Of a stretch of 35,651 nt of DNA, positions 9,436-18,664 are shown in pieces (position 1 is the stretch's first letter; each line of letters begins with the position of its first letter). The notes beneath the pieces are model-generated. The model did not search any database. It had not been told where the DNA came from and saw only the letters and a program-made list of their open reading frames with translations. The translations under genes were made by a program, and so were the position numbers. The DNA is from Brevibacterium luteolum (GTDB lineage: Bacteria > Actinomycetota > Actinomycetes > Actinomycetales > Brevibacteriaceae). The stretch spans positions 62,001 through 97,651 of the forward strand of contig NZ_JABEMC010000009.1 of the NCBI RefSeq assembly GCF_013004595.1, read 5' to 3'.

Positions 9436-10698
9436 ATGTTCCGCAACTATCAGGAGATCTTCTCCCTGCCCGGAGCATTGAAGTTCTCGCTGGCGGGACT
9501 CATCGCGCGCTTCCCCATCGCCATCCTCGGACTCGGCATCGTCCTCTTCATCCAGGGTGTGCTCGGATCGTACGCGCTCGCCGGTCTGGTCGCAGCGGTC
9601 TTCATGCTCGTCCAGGCAGTCTCGAACCCGATCATCGCCCGCCTCGTCGACGCCCACGGCCAGGCGCGCATCATGCTGCCCGTCGTCGTCATCCACGTCA
9701 TCGGGCTCATCATGCTGCTCATCGCCGTCTACCAGAGCTGGTGGATGGGCCTCGTCTTCGTCTTCGCCGGCATCTCCGGCGCGACGGTCGGCTCGCTCGG
9801 CTCGCTCGTGCGCGCCCGCTGGAACGCGATCGTGACCAGCCGCAAACAGCTCGACACCGCCTTCAGCTGGGAATCGGTGGCCGACGAGATGCTCTTCGTC
9901 ACCGGCCCGATGATCGTCACGTTCCTCGCGACCATCATCTACCCGGCCGCCGGCATCATCGCCTCGCTGCTCACGACGATCTTCGGCTCAGCGCTGTTCT
10001 ACAGCCAGAAGTCCACCGAACCGGTCCCGCAGCCCCGCCAGCGCGGTGCGGCGAAGGGCAGGGTGCTGTCCAATCTCGGCATCTTCATGGTCATCGTCGC
10101 CCATGCCGTGCTCGGCGTGAACTTCGGCGCCCTCGACATCATCGCCGTGGCCTTCGCAGAGGAATCCGGGCACAAGCCGATGGCCGGCGTGCTCGTGAGC
10201 GCCATGGCGCTCGGCTCGCTGCTGGCCGGCATCCTCTACGGCGTGCGCACCTGGAAGTCCCCCGTCCAGCACCGCCTGGCGATCGCACTGACATGCCTGG
10301 CCGCGCTCACCTGGCCGATGCTGCTGGCAGGCTCGATGCTGACCTTCGGGCTCACGATCTTCGCCGTCGGCCTGGCGCTGGCTCCCTCGCTCATCGCCGC
10401 TGCCTCCGTCATCCAGGAGCTCGCCCCGCCGCACCGGCTGACCGAGGCGCTGGCCTGGATCGGCACAGCGCTCGGCTTCGGCGTCTCGATCGGATCGGCG
10501 GTCTCCGGCGTCATCATCGACACCCTCGGCGCACGCAACGCCCTCATCCTCCCGGCCGTCTGCGCGACCCTGGCCGCAGTCCTCGCGATCGCGTTCAACC
10601 GGCAGATGGATCCGGCCACGCGCAGCCATGCCGCGCGCCAGAACCGCACGGTCATCAACACCATCACCGACGACGATGCGGCTTCCGCTCAGAGCTGA
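9436..10698 (+). CDS. MFS transporter
   Basis: About 12 hydrophobic segments, motif-A-like 'ARLVDAHGQAR', and 'ESVADEMLFVTGP'. TAGACT lies 6 nt before the ATG. Confidence 0.88.
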   Translation: MFRNYQEIFSLPGALKFSLAGLIARFPIAILGLGIVLFIQGVLGSYALAGLVAAVFMLVQAVSNPIIARLVDAHGQARIMLPVVVIHVIGLIMLLIAVYQSWWMGLVFVFAGISGATVGSLGSLVRARWNAIVTSRKQLDTAFSWESVADEMLFVTGPMIVTFLATIIYPAAGIIASLLTTIFGSALFYSQKSTEPVPQPRQRGAAKGRVLSNLGIFMVIVAHAVLGVNFGALDIIAVAFAEESGHKPMAGVLVSAMALGSLLAGILYGVRTWKSPVQHRLAIALTCLAALTWPMLLAGSMLTFGLTIFAVGLALAPSLIAAASVIQELAPPHRLTEALAWIGTALGFGVSIGSAVSGVIIDTLGARNALILPAVCATLAAVLAIAFNRQMDPATRSHAARQNRTVINTITDDDAASAQS

Positions 10699-10970
10699 AA
10701 ACGCAGGTGCGGGCCCTTGCCGGTTCGACGTTCAATGATTGGCATAAATGATTACTGGACAGTTATAGTAGATCAGCCGTGGTGGCCAGGCTGAAAGAGT
10801 GCGTGGCTGCCATGGCATTTCACTTTCCGCCAGCGCATGGCGCTGGCCTGGTGACGATGACCGCTCCCGAGGCGGTGGCCGGGTCGCCGAGCTCGGGGAA
10901 CTGGGACGGCGGAGTCCAGCCGATTCGCATTACCTTTCAGTAACTGGCGCCGGGCGGGTAGCGTATCAGC

Positions 10971-11102
10971 ATGCGCCCTCTGCCGGTCCGCGCCCGCGCC
11001 CGCGCCGCCTGCTCACAGGCATGCCGCATCGACTCCCGCCCCCGCTGCCTTCGTCCTGCCGGATCCGCCGCCCGGGACCTGTCTGGGCTGATCTCGCCAT
11101 GA
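10971..11102 (+). CDS. Candidate leaderless upstream ORF (43 aa, Arg/Pro/Ala-rich)
   Basis: TAGCGT (10959-10964), 6 nt, then ATG. Its TGA overlaps the monooxygenase ATG (ATGA at 11099-11102). Confidence 0.35.
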   Translation: MRPLPVRARARAACSQACRIDSRPRCLRPAGSAARDLSGLISP

Positions 11103-12247
11103 AGGTCGCCGTCGTCGGGTCTGGGATCGGCGGACTGGCCGCCGCGATCGGACTGCAGCGTGCCGGCGCCGAGGTGACGGTCGTCGAACAGTCCGCCGGC
11201 CTGCGTCCGCATGGATCGGGCCTGTCGATCTTCGGCAATGGGCTGCGCGCCCTCGATGCGCTCGGCCTCGGTGCGGACTTCCGGGCGATCAGCACCGCGC
11301 AGGCTGCCGAGCTGACCGGCGGGCAGCGTCGCCCCGACGGCAGCTGGGTGAGTGTCTACCCGATGGATGCCGTCGCCCAGCTGCGCATCGTCGACCGCGC
11401 GGACCTGCATGCGATGCTCACCGCCGCGCTGGCACCGGGCACGGTTCGCTCCGGCGCCCCGGTCACCGGCTGCTCCCCCGACGGGACGCTCAGTGTTGCA
11501 GGCCGGGAGGATGAGCGCTTCGATGTCATCATCGGTGCCGACGGCCTGCGCAGCACCGTGCGCACCGCCTGGCCTGCCGATCCCGGCATCCGCTACGCCG
11601 GATATGGGTCCTGGCGCGGGATCACGCAGCAGCCCGTTGAGCTGCACGGCGAGGCCGGTGAGACCTGGGGTGTGGACACGCGCTTCGGGCTCGCCCCGCT
11701 CGGTGATGGCCGCGTGTACTGGTTCGGCGTCATCGACGCCCCGGCCGGCCGGCGGTTTTCGGCAGACCGTCAGGCGGTCGCTGCGGTCTTCGCCGACTGG
11801 CACGCTCCGATCCCCGAACTCATCGCCGCCACGAACCCTGCCGCCATCAGCTACCTGCCGATCGAGGAGCTCGCCGGACGACTGCCGTCCTTTGTGCGCG
11901 GCCGGATCGTCCTCCTCGGCGATGCCGCCCACGCGATGACACCCAACCTCGGGCAGGGCGGCAACCAGGCTCTCGAAGACGCCGCAACACTCACCCGGCT
12001 GCTCGCCCCGCTCACCGCAGCCAACGCGCACGACACCGGCCGGCTCATCGTCGCCCTCGACCGCTATGACGCGCTGCGCCGCCCGCGCACTCAGCAGGTC
12101 GCCGCCCGTTCGCGGCTGGTCGGCCAGATCGCCCACCGCCCCGGCCCACAGCTGAGCCGACTGCGCGATCGGCTCATGCACCTCATACCCGCATCCGTCC
12201 TGCGCCGGCAGCTGGACGCACTGCAGGACTGGCAGACCCCAGCCTGA
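11099..12247 (+). CDS. FAD-dependent monooxygenase (aromatic hydroxylase-like, class A)
   Basis: MKVAVVGSGIGGL (GxGxxG), IGADGLRS (DG motif), LLGDAAHAMTPNLGQGGNQALEDA (GD motif). Confidence 0.9.
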   Translation: MKVAVVGSGIGGLAAAIGLQRAGAEVTVVEQSAGLRPHGSGLSIFGNGLRALDALGLGADFRAISTAQAAELTGGQRRPDGSWVSVYPMDAVAQLRIVDRADLHAMLTAALAPGTVRSGAPVTGCSPDGTLSVAGREDERFDVIIGADGLRSTVRTAWPADPGIRYAGYGSWRGITQQPVELHGEAGETWGVDTRFGLAPLGDGRVYWFGVIDAPAGRRFSADRQAVAAVFADWHAPIPELIAATNPAAISYLPIEELAGRLPSFVRGRIVLLGDAAHAMTPNLGQGGNQALEDAATLTRLLAPLTAANAHDTGRLIVALDRYDALRRPRTQQVAARSRLVGQIAHRPGPQLSRLRDRLMHLIPASVLRRQLDALQDWQTPA

Positions 12248-12342
12248 CGCGCACCGTCCCCACGCGACCCCCGCCTCGGGCACGGCCCCGCAGAGCCGAC
12301 CTGCACCTCGGGCACGGCCCCGCATGACCGGCCTCTCGAGAA

Positions 12343-12392
12343 CGGATCCCCGGCCGAGGCGGGTGCGGGCGCACCCCTCGACCGGGGATCCG
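12343..12392. terminator. GC-rich hairpin between convergent genes (candidate bidirectional terminator)
   Basis: CGGATCCCCGG...GGGTGCG-GG-CGCACCC...CCGGGGATCCG inverted repeat. Confidence 0.55.
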
Positions 12393-12408
12393 ATGCCAGG
12401 TCAGGCGA

Positions 12409-13080
12409 TCAGCTGCGCGGGGCAGGACCCTTCGGGTCGTCGCCTTCGGTGCCGGGCAGGCCCTGGCGCTTGCGCATGAGCAGCAGCACCACGAGGGCGA
12501 GGACAGCCAGGCCGCCGATGCCGAGCAGGATCATCATCGGCATGGACATGCCGCCGGCCTCATCGCTGGTGAGCTCGCCGCGGTCCTGGGACTCACGGTC
12601 CGGGGCGTCGACGGCTGAGCCGCCGAGTCCAGCGGATTCCTCACCGGCACCGGCGCCCTCGGTGGCCTCACCGGACTGGGCCTCGCCGCCGCCGGAGCCG
12701 TCGTCCTTGAGGGTGAAGTCGAAGGAGCCGCTGATGGGGTGGCCGTCTTCGGAGACGACGCGCCAGTTGACGGTGTACGCACCGGGCTTGAGGTCATCGG
12801 GCAGCGCCGACTTCAGGGTGCGGTTCTCGATGGTGATCTCACCGGCGGAGACGTCGGTTCCGTCGTGCATCACCTTGATCTCAGCGCCGACCTGCTGCAG
12901 CTGGCCGGAGAACTCCATCTCCAGCCAGTCCGGCTGCTCGTCGAGTTCCTCACCATGCTCCGGGTTCGAGCTGACGAGGCGGTCGTGGGCGCTGGCGGGG
13001 GCTGACCAGAGCAGCGTGAAGCCCAGGGCCACAGCCGCGACGATCGCCAGCAGGGAAGTCGAGAAGGTGCGGATATTCAA
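12409..13080 (-). CDS. copC: CopC-family copper-binding protein with a C-terminal membrane anchor
   Basis: Signal peptide ending ASA then H(1)DRLVSSNP; WRVVSEDGHPISG; C-terminal TM followed by RKR. TTG start after GGAG. Confidence 0.85.
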   Translation of the reverse strand: MNIRTFSTSLLAIVAAVALGFTLLWSAPASAHDRLVSSNPEHGEELDEQPDWLEMEFSGQLQQVGAEIKVMHDGTDVSAGEITIENRTLKSALPDDLKPGAYTVNWRVVSEDGHPISGSFDFTLKDDGSGGGEAQSGEATEGAGAGEESAGLGGSAVDAPDRESQDRGELTSDEAGGMSMPMMILLGIGGLAVLALVVLLLMRKRQGLPGTEGDDPKGPAPRS

Positions 13081-13180
13081 AGGGATACTCCAATCAGGGC
13101 GGACTCGCGCCCTCATTATCCACCATCGACCTGGCCGCTGCCTGCATATGGGGGCGGGGTCCATTACGACTTGGCTACGA

Positions 13181-13723
13181 TCAGCGGCGTGATGCGACGG
13201 CCTCGCGGATGCCCGGAAGGGCGGCGGTGATCATGTCGAAGGTCTCGTAGAACCCGTCCTGGTCGCCGTACCACGGGTCGAAGACGTCGAGGTCGTCGCC
13301 GGTCCGGCCGGCGCAGGCCGGGTCATAGGACCTGAGCATCCGCACCTCGGGGCGATTCGCCTCGGGCACGGATTCCAGCAGCCGTTCGGTGGCCTGCCGG
13401 TGGCGTTCGGTCATGACGATCGCGATGTCGCGGGAGGCCAGCCAGTCGGCGGTGAGCTGGCGGGCGGCGTGACCTGCAGTGTCGTATCCGCGCTCGCTCA
13501 GCACGCGGGCGGCCCGCGGGTCGATCGGGTTGCCGTGCTCCTCGTCGCTGATCCCAGCTGAGTCGATGTGCAGCGGCAGATCGGACAGCTCGGCGGCTGC
13601 GATCCGCTCGGCCATCGCCGAGCGGCAGATATTGCCGGTGCACACGAACACGATGCTCACCTCACCGGTCTGGCTGCCCTGGCCGCCCTGGCTGTCCTGC
13701 GTGCTGTCTGCCTGTGCGCTCAT
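13181..13723 (-). CDS. Low-molecular-weight protein-tyrosine phosphatase
   Basis: VCTGNICRSAMAE P-loop and DPWYG. GGGAGG precedes the ATG at 13723 (alternative start 13744). Confidence 0.9.
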   Translation of the reverse strand: MSAQADSTQDSQGGQGSQTGEVSIVFVCTGNICRSAMAERIAAAELSDLPLHIDSAGISDEEHGNPIDPRAARVLSERGYDTAGHAARQLTADWLASRDIAIVMTERHRQATERLLESVPEANRPEVRMLRSYDPACAGRTGDDLDVFDPWYGDQDGFYETFDMITAALPGIREAVASRR

Positions 13724-13840
13724 GGATCCTCCCGTCTCGGTCATCGCCTCCACTCTAGCGACCTGTCCCCTGCCGGTTGTCCGCCCCGGCGCATAGACTC
13801 GGAAGCACTGGTGCCTGCCCCTGTGTCGTAGGAGGATCCG

Positions 13841-14356
13841 ATGGATGCCGTGTCCGTGCTCGCCGATATGCTCACCCGTCCCTTCGAGGTCTGCCGGCGG
13901 GTCCTCGCTGGGATCTGCACCGAGGACCTCAACGCCCACCTTGTGCCCGGCACGAACTCGACCGCCTGGCTGCTGTGGCACACCGGCCGCGAGGCCGACG
14001 TCCAGCTGGCGGCGCTGACGTCCGCGCCCGAGGTGTGGACCGAGCAGTCCTTCCACGCTCGCCTCGGGCTGCCGGCCGAGGGGTTCGGGTTCGGGCAGAG
14101 CGCTGACGAGGCCGCCGGAATCCGCATCGACGACCCGGAGGCGCTGGGCGAGTACCTGGCAGCTGTCGAGAACGAGATGGCCGCTTATCTGCGCGGGCTC
14201 GCGCCCGCTGACCTCGACGACGTCATCGACCGCTACGACGGCCAGCCGGTCACCCGCGGAGTGCGGCTCGTATCGATCATCGACGATGCCGCCCAGCACG
14301 CCGGGCAGGCGGCGTTCATCCGCGGCGCACGCGGCTGGGATGCCCCACGTCCATGA
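13841..14356 (+). CDS. DinB-superfamily protein (mycothiol-transferase-like)
   Basis: NSTAWLLWHTGR and VTRGVRLVSIIDDAAQHAGQA (His/Asp/His metal site). AGGAGG RBS. Confidence 0.8.
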   Translation: MDAVSVLADMLTRPFEVCRRVLAGICTEDLNAHLVPGTNSTAWLLWHTGREADVQLAALTSAPEVWTEQSFHARLGLPAEGFGFGQSADEAAGIRIDDPEALGEYLAAVENEMAAYLRGLAPADLDDVIDRYDGQPVTRGVRLVSIIDDAAQHAGQAAFIRGARGWDAPRP

Positions 14357-14432
14357 GCCAGCCGGCGCCTCGGGAGCGGGAAATCCAGTCCCAGCCGACC
14401 GCAACCGGGCGCGCAGGCGATAGGTTGGAACT

Positions 14433-16391
14433 ATGACTGAGATCTCCCTGCCCCACGGCGACCCGGATGTCGCTGCATCACACGACCTCTTCCGCCATGT
14501 CAACGGCGCCTGGATCGACTCGTTCGAGATTCCCGACGACCGCGCCGGCGACGGAGCGATGCGCGAACTCTACGACGCCGCCGAGGAGAAGGTCCGCGAC
14601 CTCATCACCGGGCTCGCCGACGCCTCTCCCGCTCCGGGCAGCGAAGAGGCGAAGATCGCCGACCTGTTCACGTCGTTCATGGACACCGAGCGGATCAACG
14701 AGCTCGGCGTGACCCCGCTTGCTGAAGGATTCGAGCGGGTCAAGGCCGCAGCCGATCACAGCGAGCTCGCCCGCCTCATGGGCGAACTCGACCGCGAGGG
14801 CTGCGGCGGACTGCTCGGCGGGTTCGTCAGCGCCGATGCCAAGGACTCCGACGTCTACGCGATGTACATCGTGCAGTCGGGCCTGCACCTGCCCGATGAG
14901 TCGTACTACCGCGGTGAGGACAACGCCGAGCTGCGTGAGAAGTTCCGCGCCCACATCGCCAAGATGTCGCAGCTGGCCGGGCTCCAGGAGCACACCGGGA
15001 TGACCGGTGAGGAACTGGCCGAGAAGATCCTCGCCTTCGAGACCGCAGTCGCCGAACACCATTGGGACCGGGTCACCAGCCGTGATGCGGAGAAGACCTA
15101 CAACCGGTTCACCGTGCCCGAGGTCGCCGACCTCGTGCGCGGCTTCGACCTCGACGCATGGCGGGCCGGAGCCGGCATCGAGCACGCCGACTACCTCATC
15201 GTCAGCCAGCCCTCCTTCCTCACCGGCGCCGGCCAGGTGTGGGCCGACACGCCCGTCGGGGTGCTGCGCGGGTGGATGATGTTCGCCCTGCTCAACGCCT
15301 CAGCCAGTGTGCTGGGCGATGAGATCGTCGAGGAGAACTTCGACTTCTTCGGCCGGACGCTCTCGGGCACCCCGCAGCTGCGCGAGCGCTGGAAGCGCGG
15401 CGTCAGCCTCGTGGAGGGGCTGCTCGGTGAGGCTGTCGGCAAGCTCTACGTCGCCCAGGAGTTCCCACCGGAGGCGAAGGAGGCGATCGGCGAACTGGTC
15501 GACAAGCTCATCCGCGCTTACGAGTCCTCGATCACGAGCCTCGACTGGATGGGTGAGGAGACGAAGGGGCGGGCGCTGACGAAGCTCTCGCAATTCACGC
15601 CGAAGGTCGGCTACCCGGATGTGTGGCGGGAGTACCCGGCCGAGATCCGCGCCGATGACCTGTTCGGCAACATCCGCCGTTCCGCCGAGGCTGAGCACGA
15701 CCGGCACGTCGGGCGGATCGGTGAGGAGATCGACCGCAATGAGTGGCTCATGACTCCGCAGACGGTCAACGCCTACTACCACCCGGTGATGAACGAGATC
15801 GTCTTCCCTGCTGCGATCCTGCAGCCGCCGTTCTTCGACGTCGACGCCCCGGATGCCGTGAACTTCGGAGCGATCGGCGCGGTCATCGGCCACGAGATCG
15901 GCCACGGCTTCGACGACCAGGGCTCCCGCTACGACGGCACCGGCAACCTCGTCGACTGGTGGACCGCTGAAGACCGTCAGCGCTTCGAGGAGCGCACTCG
16001 CTCCCTCATCGACCAGTTCGATGTGCTCGTCCCGGCCGGGTTCGAGTCCAAGCACACTGTCAACGGTGCGCTGACGATCGGTGAGAACATCGGCGACGTC
16101 GGCGGGCTGTCGATCGCGTACAAGGCACTGACGATCGCCGCAGCCGACGAGGGCCGCGAGGTCACCACCGAGGAGAAGCAGCAGTTCTTCTACGCCTGGG
16201 CGAAGGCCTGGCGGATCAAGATGCGCAAGGAGGAGCGGCTGCGCCGGCTCAGCGTCGACCCGCACTCGCCCGAGGAGTTCCGCTGCAACCAGGTGGTCAA
16301 GAACATCGACGCCTTCGCCGAGGCCTTCGACGTCAGCGAGGGCGAACCGATGTACCTGCCGCCGGAGGAGCGCGTCCACATCTGGGTGTGA
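14433..16391 (+). CDS. pepO: M13 family zinc metallopeptidase (PepO/Zmp1-like)
   Basis: VNAYY, HEIGHGFD (HExxH), GENIGD, DPHSP. TAGGTT lies 6 nt before the ATG. Confidence 0.93.
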   Translation: MTEISLPHGDPDVAASHDLFRHVNGAWIDSFEIPDDRAGDGAMRELYDAAEEKVRDLITGLADASPAPGSEEAKIADLFTSFMDTERINELGVTPLAEGFERVKAAADHSELARLMGELDREGCGGLLGGFVSADAKDSDVYAMYIVQSGLHLPDESYYRGEDNAELREKFRAHIAKMSQLAGLQEHTGMTGEELAEKILAFETAVAEHHWDRVTSRDAEKTYNRFTVPEVADLVRGFDLDAWRAGAGIEHADYLIVSQPSFLTGAGQVWADTPVGVLRGWMMFALLNASASVLGDEIVEENFDFFGRTLSGTPQLRERWKRGVSLVEGLLGEAVGKLYVAQEFPPEAKEAIGELVDKLIRAYESSITSLDWMGEETKGRALTKLSQFTPKVGYPDVWREYPAEIRADDLFGNIRRSAEAEHDRHVGRIGEEIDRNEWLMTPQTVNAYYHPVMNEIVFPAAILQPPFFDVDAPDAVNFGAIGAVIGHEIGHGFDDQGSRYDGTGNLVDWWTAEDRQRFEERTRSLIDQFDVLVPAGFESKHTVNGALTIGENIGDVGGLSIAYKALTIAAADEGREVTTEEKQQFFYAWAKAWRIKMRKEERLRRLSVDPHSPEEFRCNQVVKNIDAFAEAFDVSEGEPMYLPPEERVHIWV

Positions 16392-16414
16392 GCCTGTACC
16401 TGCGGCCGCGCCGT

Positions 16415-16480
16415 CGCGCCAGGCGGCCGCAGGCTGCGCGCCAGGCGGCCGCAGGCTGCGCGCCAGGCGGCCGCAGGCTG
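16415..16480. repeat. 3 x 22-bp perfect tandem repeat
   Basis: CGCGCCAGGCGGCCGCAGGCTG at 16415, 16437 and 16459. Confidence 0.9.
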
Positions 16481-16493
16481 CTGACCTCGAACC

Positions 16494-16557
16494 CGACAGA
16501 ACCCGGTCCGCGCATCGCGGGCCGGGTTCTGTCGCGTCATCGTTCTGTCGCGTCATC
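16494..16557. repeat. REP-like palindrome with a duplicated right end
   Basis: CGACAGAACCCGGTCCGCG-CAT-CGCGGGCCGGGTTCTGTCG (16494-16534). GTTCTGTCGCGTCATC occurs at 16526 and 16542. Confidence 0.75.
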
Positions 16558-16600
16558 CGGCGGTAGGCTGGAACTCCGCGAAGCGAAGGAGCCCGCCGTC

Positions 16601-17209
16601 ATGCTCAGCGAACTGCTCGAACTCGAGCACCAGGGATGGAAGTCCCTCTGCGAGAGCAATGGCGCGGACTTCTACGGACAGATCATGACCAGCGACGGCG
16701 TCATGGTCCTCGCCCACGGCCAGATCCTCGACCGGCAGGCGGTCGTCGACTCCCTGAACGATGCGCCGCCGTGGCGAACCTACGACATCACCGACGCAAG
16801 ACTCCTCGCCCTCAACGACGATCACGCGATCCTCGTCTACACCGGCCGCGCCTACCGCGCGGAGGACGAGCCCAGCTTCATCGCGCTGATGTCCAGTGTC
16901 TACACCCGATGCGACGGCGCGTGGCGACTCGCGCTCTACCAGCAGACACCCGTTCCCGTACAGGAGTACAACCAGACCCCTGACGGCCTCTCAGGGTCTG
17001 GCCCTGCGATCCACTGCGATTCCACCAGTTGGTCAACCGCTGACGGCGGGGTCCGTCAGCACTGGCAGATGGTACTGGCAGGAGCTGTCACATGGTGGTG
17101 TGCAGGAGACGCGCGAAGCGCTCAGCCAGATCGCGCCAGGCGACCTCATGAGCGCCGAAGGTCCGCTGCGCCTCGCGGCGGGCCTCGTCACGGTCCGCGT
17201 CGCCGTTGA
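16601..17209 (+). CDS. NTF2-like / DUF4440 protein (recognisable part ends near 16960; tail looks like read-through)
   Basis: LEHQGWKSL...APPWRTYDI...SSVY...WRLALYQQTP. AAGGAG precedes the ATG at 16601. Confidence 0.75.
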   Translation: MLSELLELEHQGWKSLCESNGADFYGQIMTSDGVMVLAHGQILDRQAVVDSLNDAPPWRTYDITDARLLALNDDHAILVYTGRAYRAEDEPSFIALMSSVYTRCDGAWRLALYQQTPVPVQEYNQTPDGLSGSGPAIHCDSTSWSTADGGVRQHWQMVLAGAVTWWCAGDARSAQPDRARRPHERRRSAAPRGGPRHGPRRR

Positions 17210-18590
17210 GCCCGGCTGGCAGCTCTTCGCCCTCGGCCCGGTCGATGACGATGTAGCCGACCCCGTCAGGGTCGAGGCGGGAGATGTTGTTGCGGAACAG
17301 CCGGTCCTCAGCGACGGTGTCGGTGACAGCCAGCGGGATCGGCCCAAGGCTGTCGGCGGTCTTCTCGAAGGTGATCCGCCCGGCTGTCAGCGAACCGTCA
17401 AGCGAGGCGGCGGCGAGCATCGTGGTGGCGGTGCCGACGGCGACGACCGGGATCCGGGCGGCCATCGCATCGGAGACCATCTCGACGATCTCGGTGATGC
17501 GCTCAGTGCGGACCTCGCTTGTGCATCCCCAGCAGAAGACGACGAGGGCGGCGAAGCCGGGCAGCGGCGGCAGCGGCTCGTCACGGTTGACGAGCGTGAC
17601 ATCGAGACCGAGTTCGGTCCACAGGTCGATAACCCCGCCGATCTCGATCTCCGGGGACAGGTCGATGAACAGCACCGGCGTGTTGATCCCGGACTCCGAC
17701 AGCGTCTGTGTCGGCAGGCGCTCGCCTGCCTGCAGCTCGACCGGCAGCACGTTCTCCGGCACCGGCGCCGGGCAGGTGGCGTGCGGGATGAAGGCGAACG
17801 GGTAGTTGATCGTGCGATTGAAGTCGATGATGACATGACCCTGCGCGTCGGGCAGGCCAAGGTTGATGCGCCGCCACGTCGCGCTCGTGCGGCCGTTAGT
17901 GTAGTCGTGGAAGTTGATGTGCAGGCCCTTGTCCGGGCTGCCGGAGGTCTTGAGCACATACTCGACGTCGCACAGCGTGAACCGGACCTCGCCGGTCAGC
18001 TGTTCGTCGAGCTCCAGGCCCGGGCAGGCGGTGGCGATGCGGCGCGGCTCCGGTTCGGGATACGGGGTAAAGACACCGGAGACGATCCACTCCTGGCTCA
18101 GCGGGAAGGCGGGGATGTCGATGAAGCGCTGCAGCAGCGGAGCCTTCGAATCCCGCCGGCGGATCCCGTAGTTCCCGTCGCGGCGGATGAGCTCATAGGT
18201 GACGTGATCGACGACGAACCAGTTGAGCGACTCCCCGTCATCAAGCCTGGCCGACATCGACTCCGAGGAGTCGACCCGCACCTCGGCGGCGGGATGGGAG
18301 GCCCGCGCTGGAATCGAATCATGAGCGGCGTCCCCGCCGGAGCGCTCACCGGCCGGACGGCTCATGACCTCGAGCGCGGCCTTGCTCGGACCGGCGGACA
18401 CCCCGTCAGCCAAGGTGAAGTGCACCCAGTCGCCGTCAACGGTGAAGGTGCCCGGCGCCTCGGGCCAGGTGACCGGTTGAGACGACGTCAGCCACGTGAG
18501 TCCAGTGACACTCAGCCACCCGAACGGGGTGGCGAGATCGGAGATGCGGGCGTCATGCCACGCCTGCCACTCGGCACTGTACTGTTCCAC
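17088..18590 (-). CDS. DUF1684 protein fused to a degenerate class-I glutamine amidotransferase-like domain
   Basis: N-terminal WQAWHDAR...PFGWLSVTGLTWL and IDFNRTINYPFAFIPHATCPAPVPENVL...GE are typical of DUF1684. The ~190-aa tail reads like a GATase1 scaffold. GAGGAG precedes the GTG start. Confidence 0.75.
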   Translation of the reverse strand: MEQYSAEWQAWHDARISDLATPFGWLSVTGLTWLTSSQPVTWPEAPGTFTVDGDWVHFTLADGVSAGPSKAALEVMSRPAGERSGGDAAHDSIPARASHPAAEVRVDSSESMSARLDDGESLNWFVVDHVTYELIRRDGNYGIRRRDSKAPLLQRFIDIPAFPLSQEWIVSGVFTPYPEPEPRRIATACPGLELDEQLTGEVRFTLCDVEYVLKTSGSPDKGLHINFHDYTNGRTSATWRRINLGLPDAQGHVIIDFNRTINYPFAFIPHATCPAPVPENVLPVELQAGERLPTQTLSESGINTPVLFIDLSPEIEIGGVIDLWTELGLDVTLVNRDEPLPPLPGFAALVVFCWGCTSEVRTERITEIVEMVSDAMAARIPVVAVGTATTMLAAASLDGSLTAGRITFEKTADSLGPIPLAVTDTVAEDRLFRNNISRLDPDGVGYIVIDRAEGEELPAGLNGDADRDEARREAQRTFGAHEVAWRDLAERFARLLHTTM

Positions 18591-18664
18591 AGGGCTCCTC
18601 GAACTCGCATAGGGGGTGCGCGGTCAGCGGCCGTCAGCCGATCGGGCTGGCGACTAGTCCTATC

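Noticed and set aside
13724..14503. N-terminal extension of the LMW-PTP in the ORF track (440 aa)
   Set aside because: It overlaps the DinB and pepO genes on the opposite strand. A good RBS supports the start at 13723.
16415..16480. CRISPR or iteron array
   Set aside because: Head-to-tail repeats without spacers and no rep gene nearby. This is a simple VNTR.
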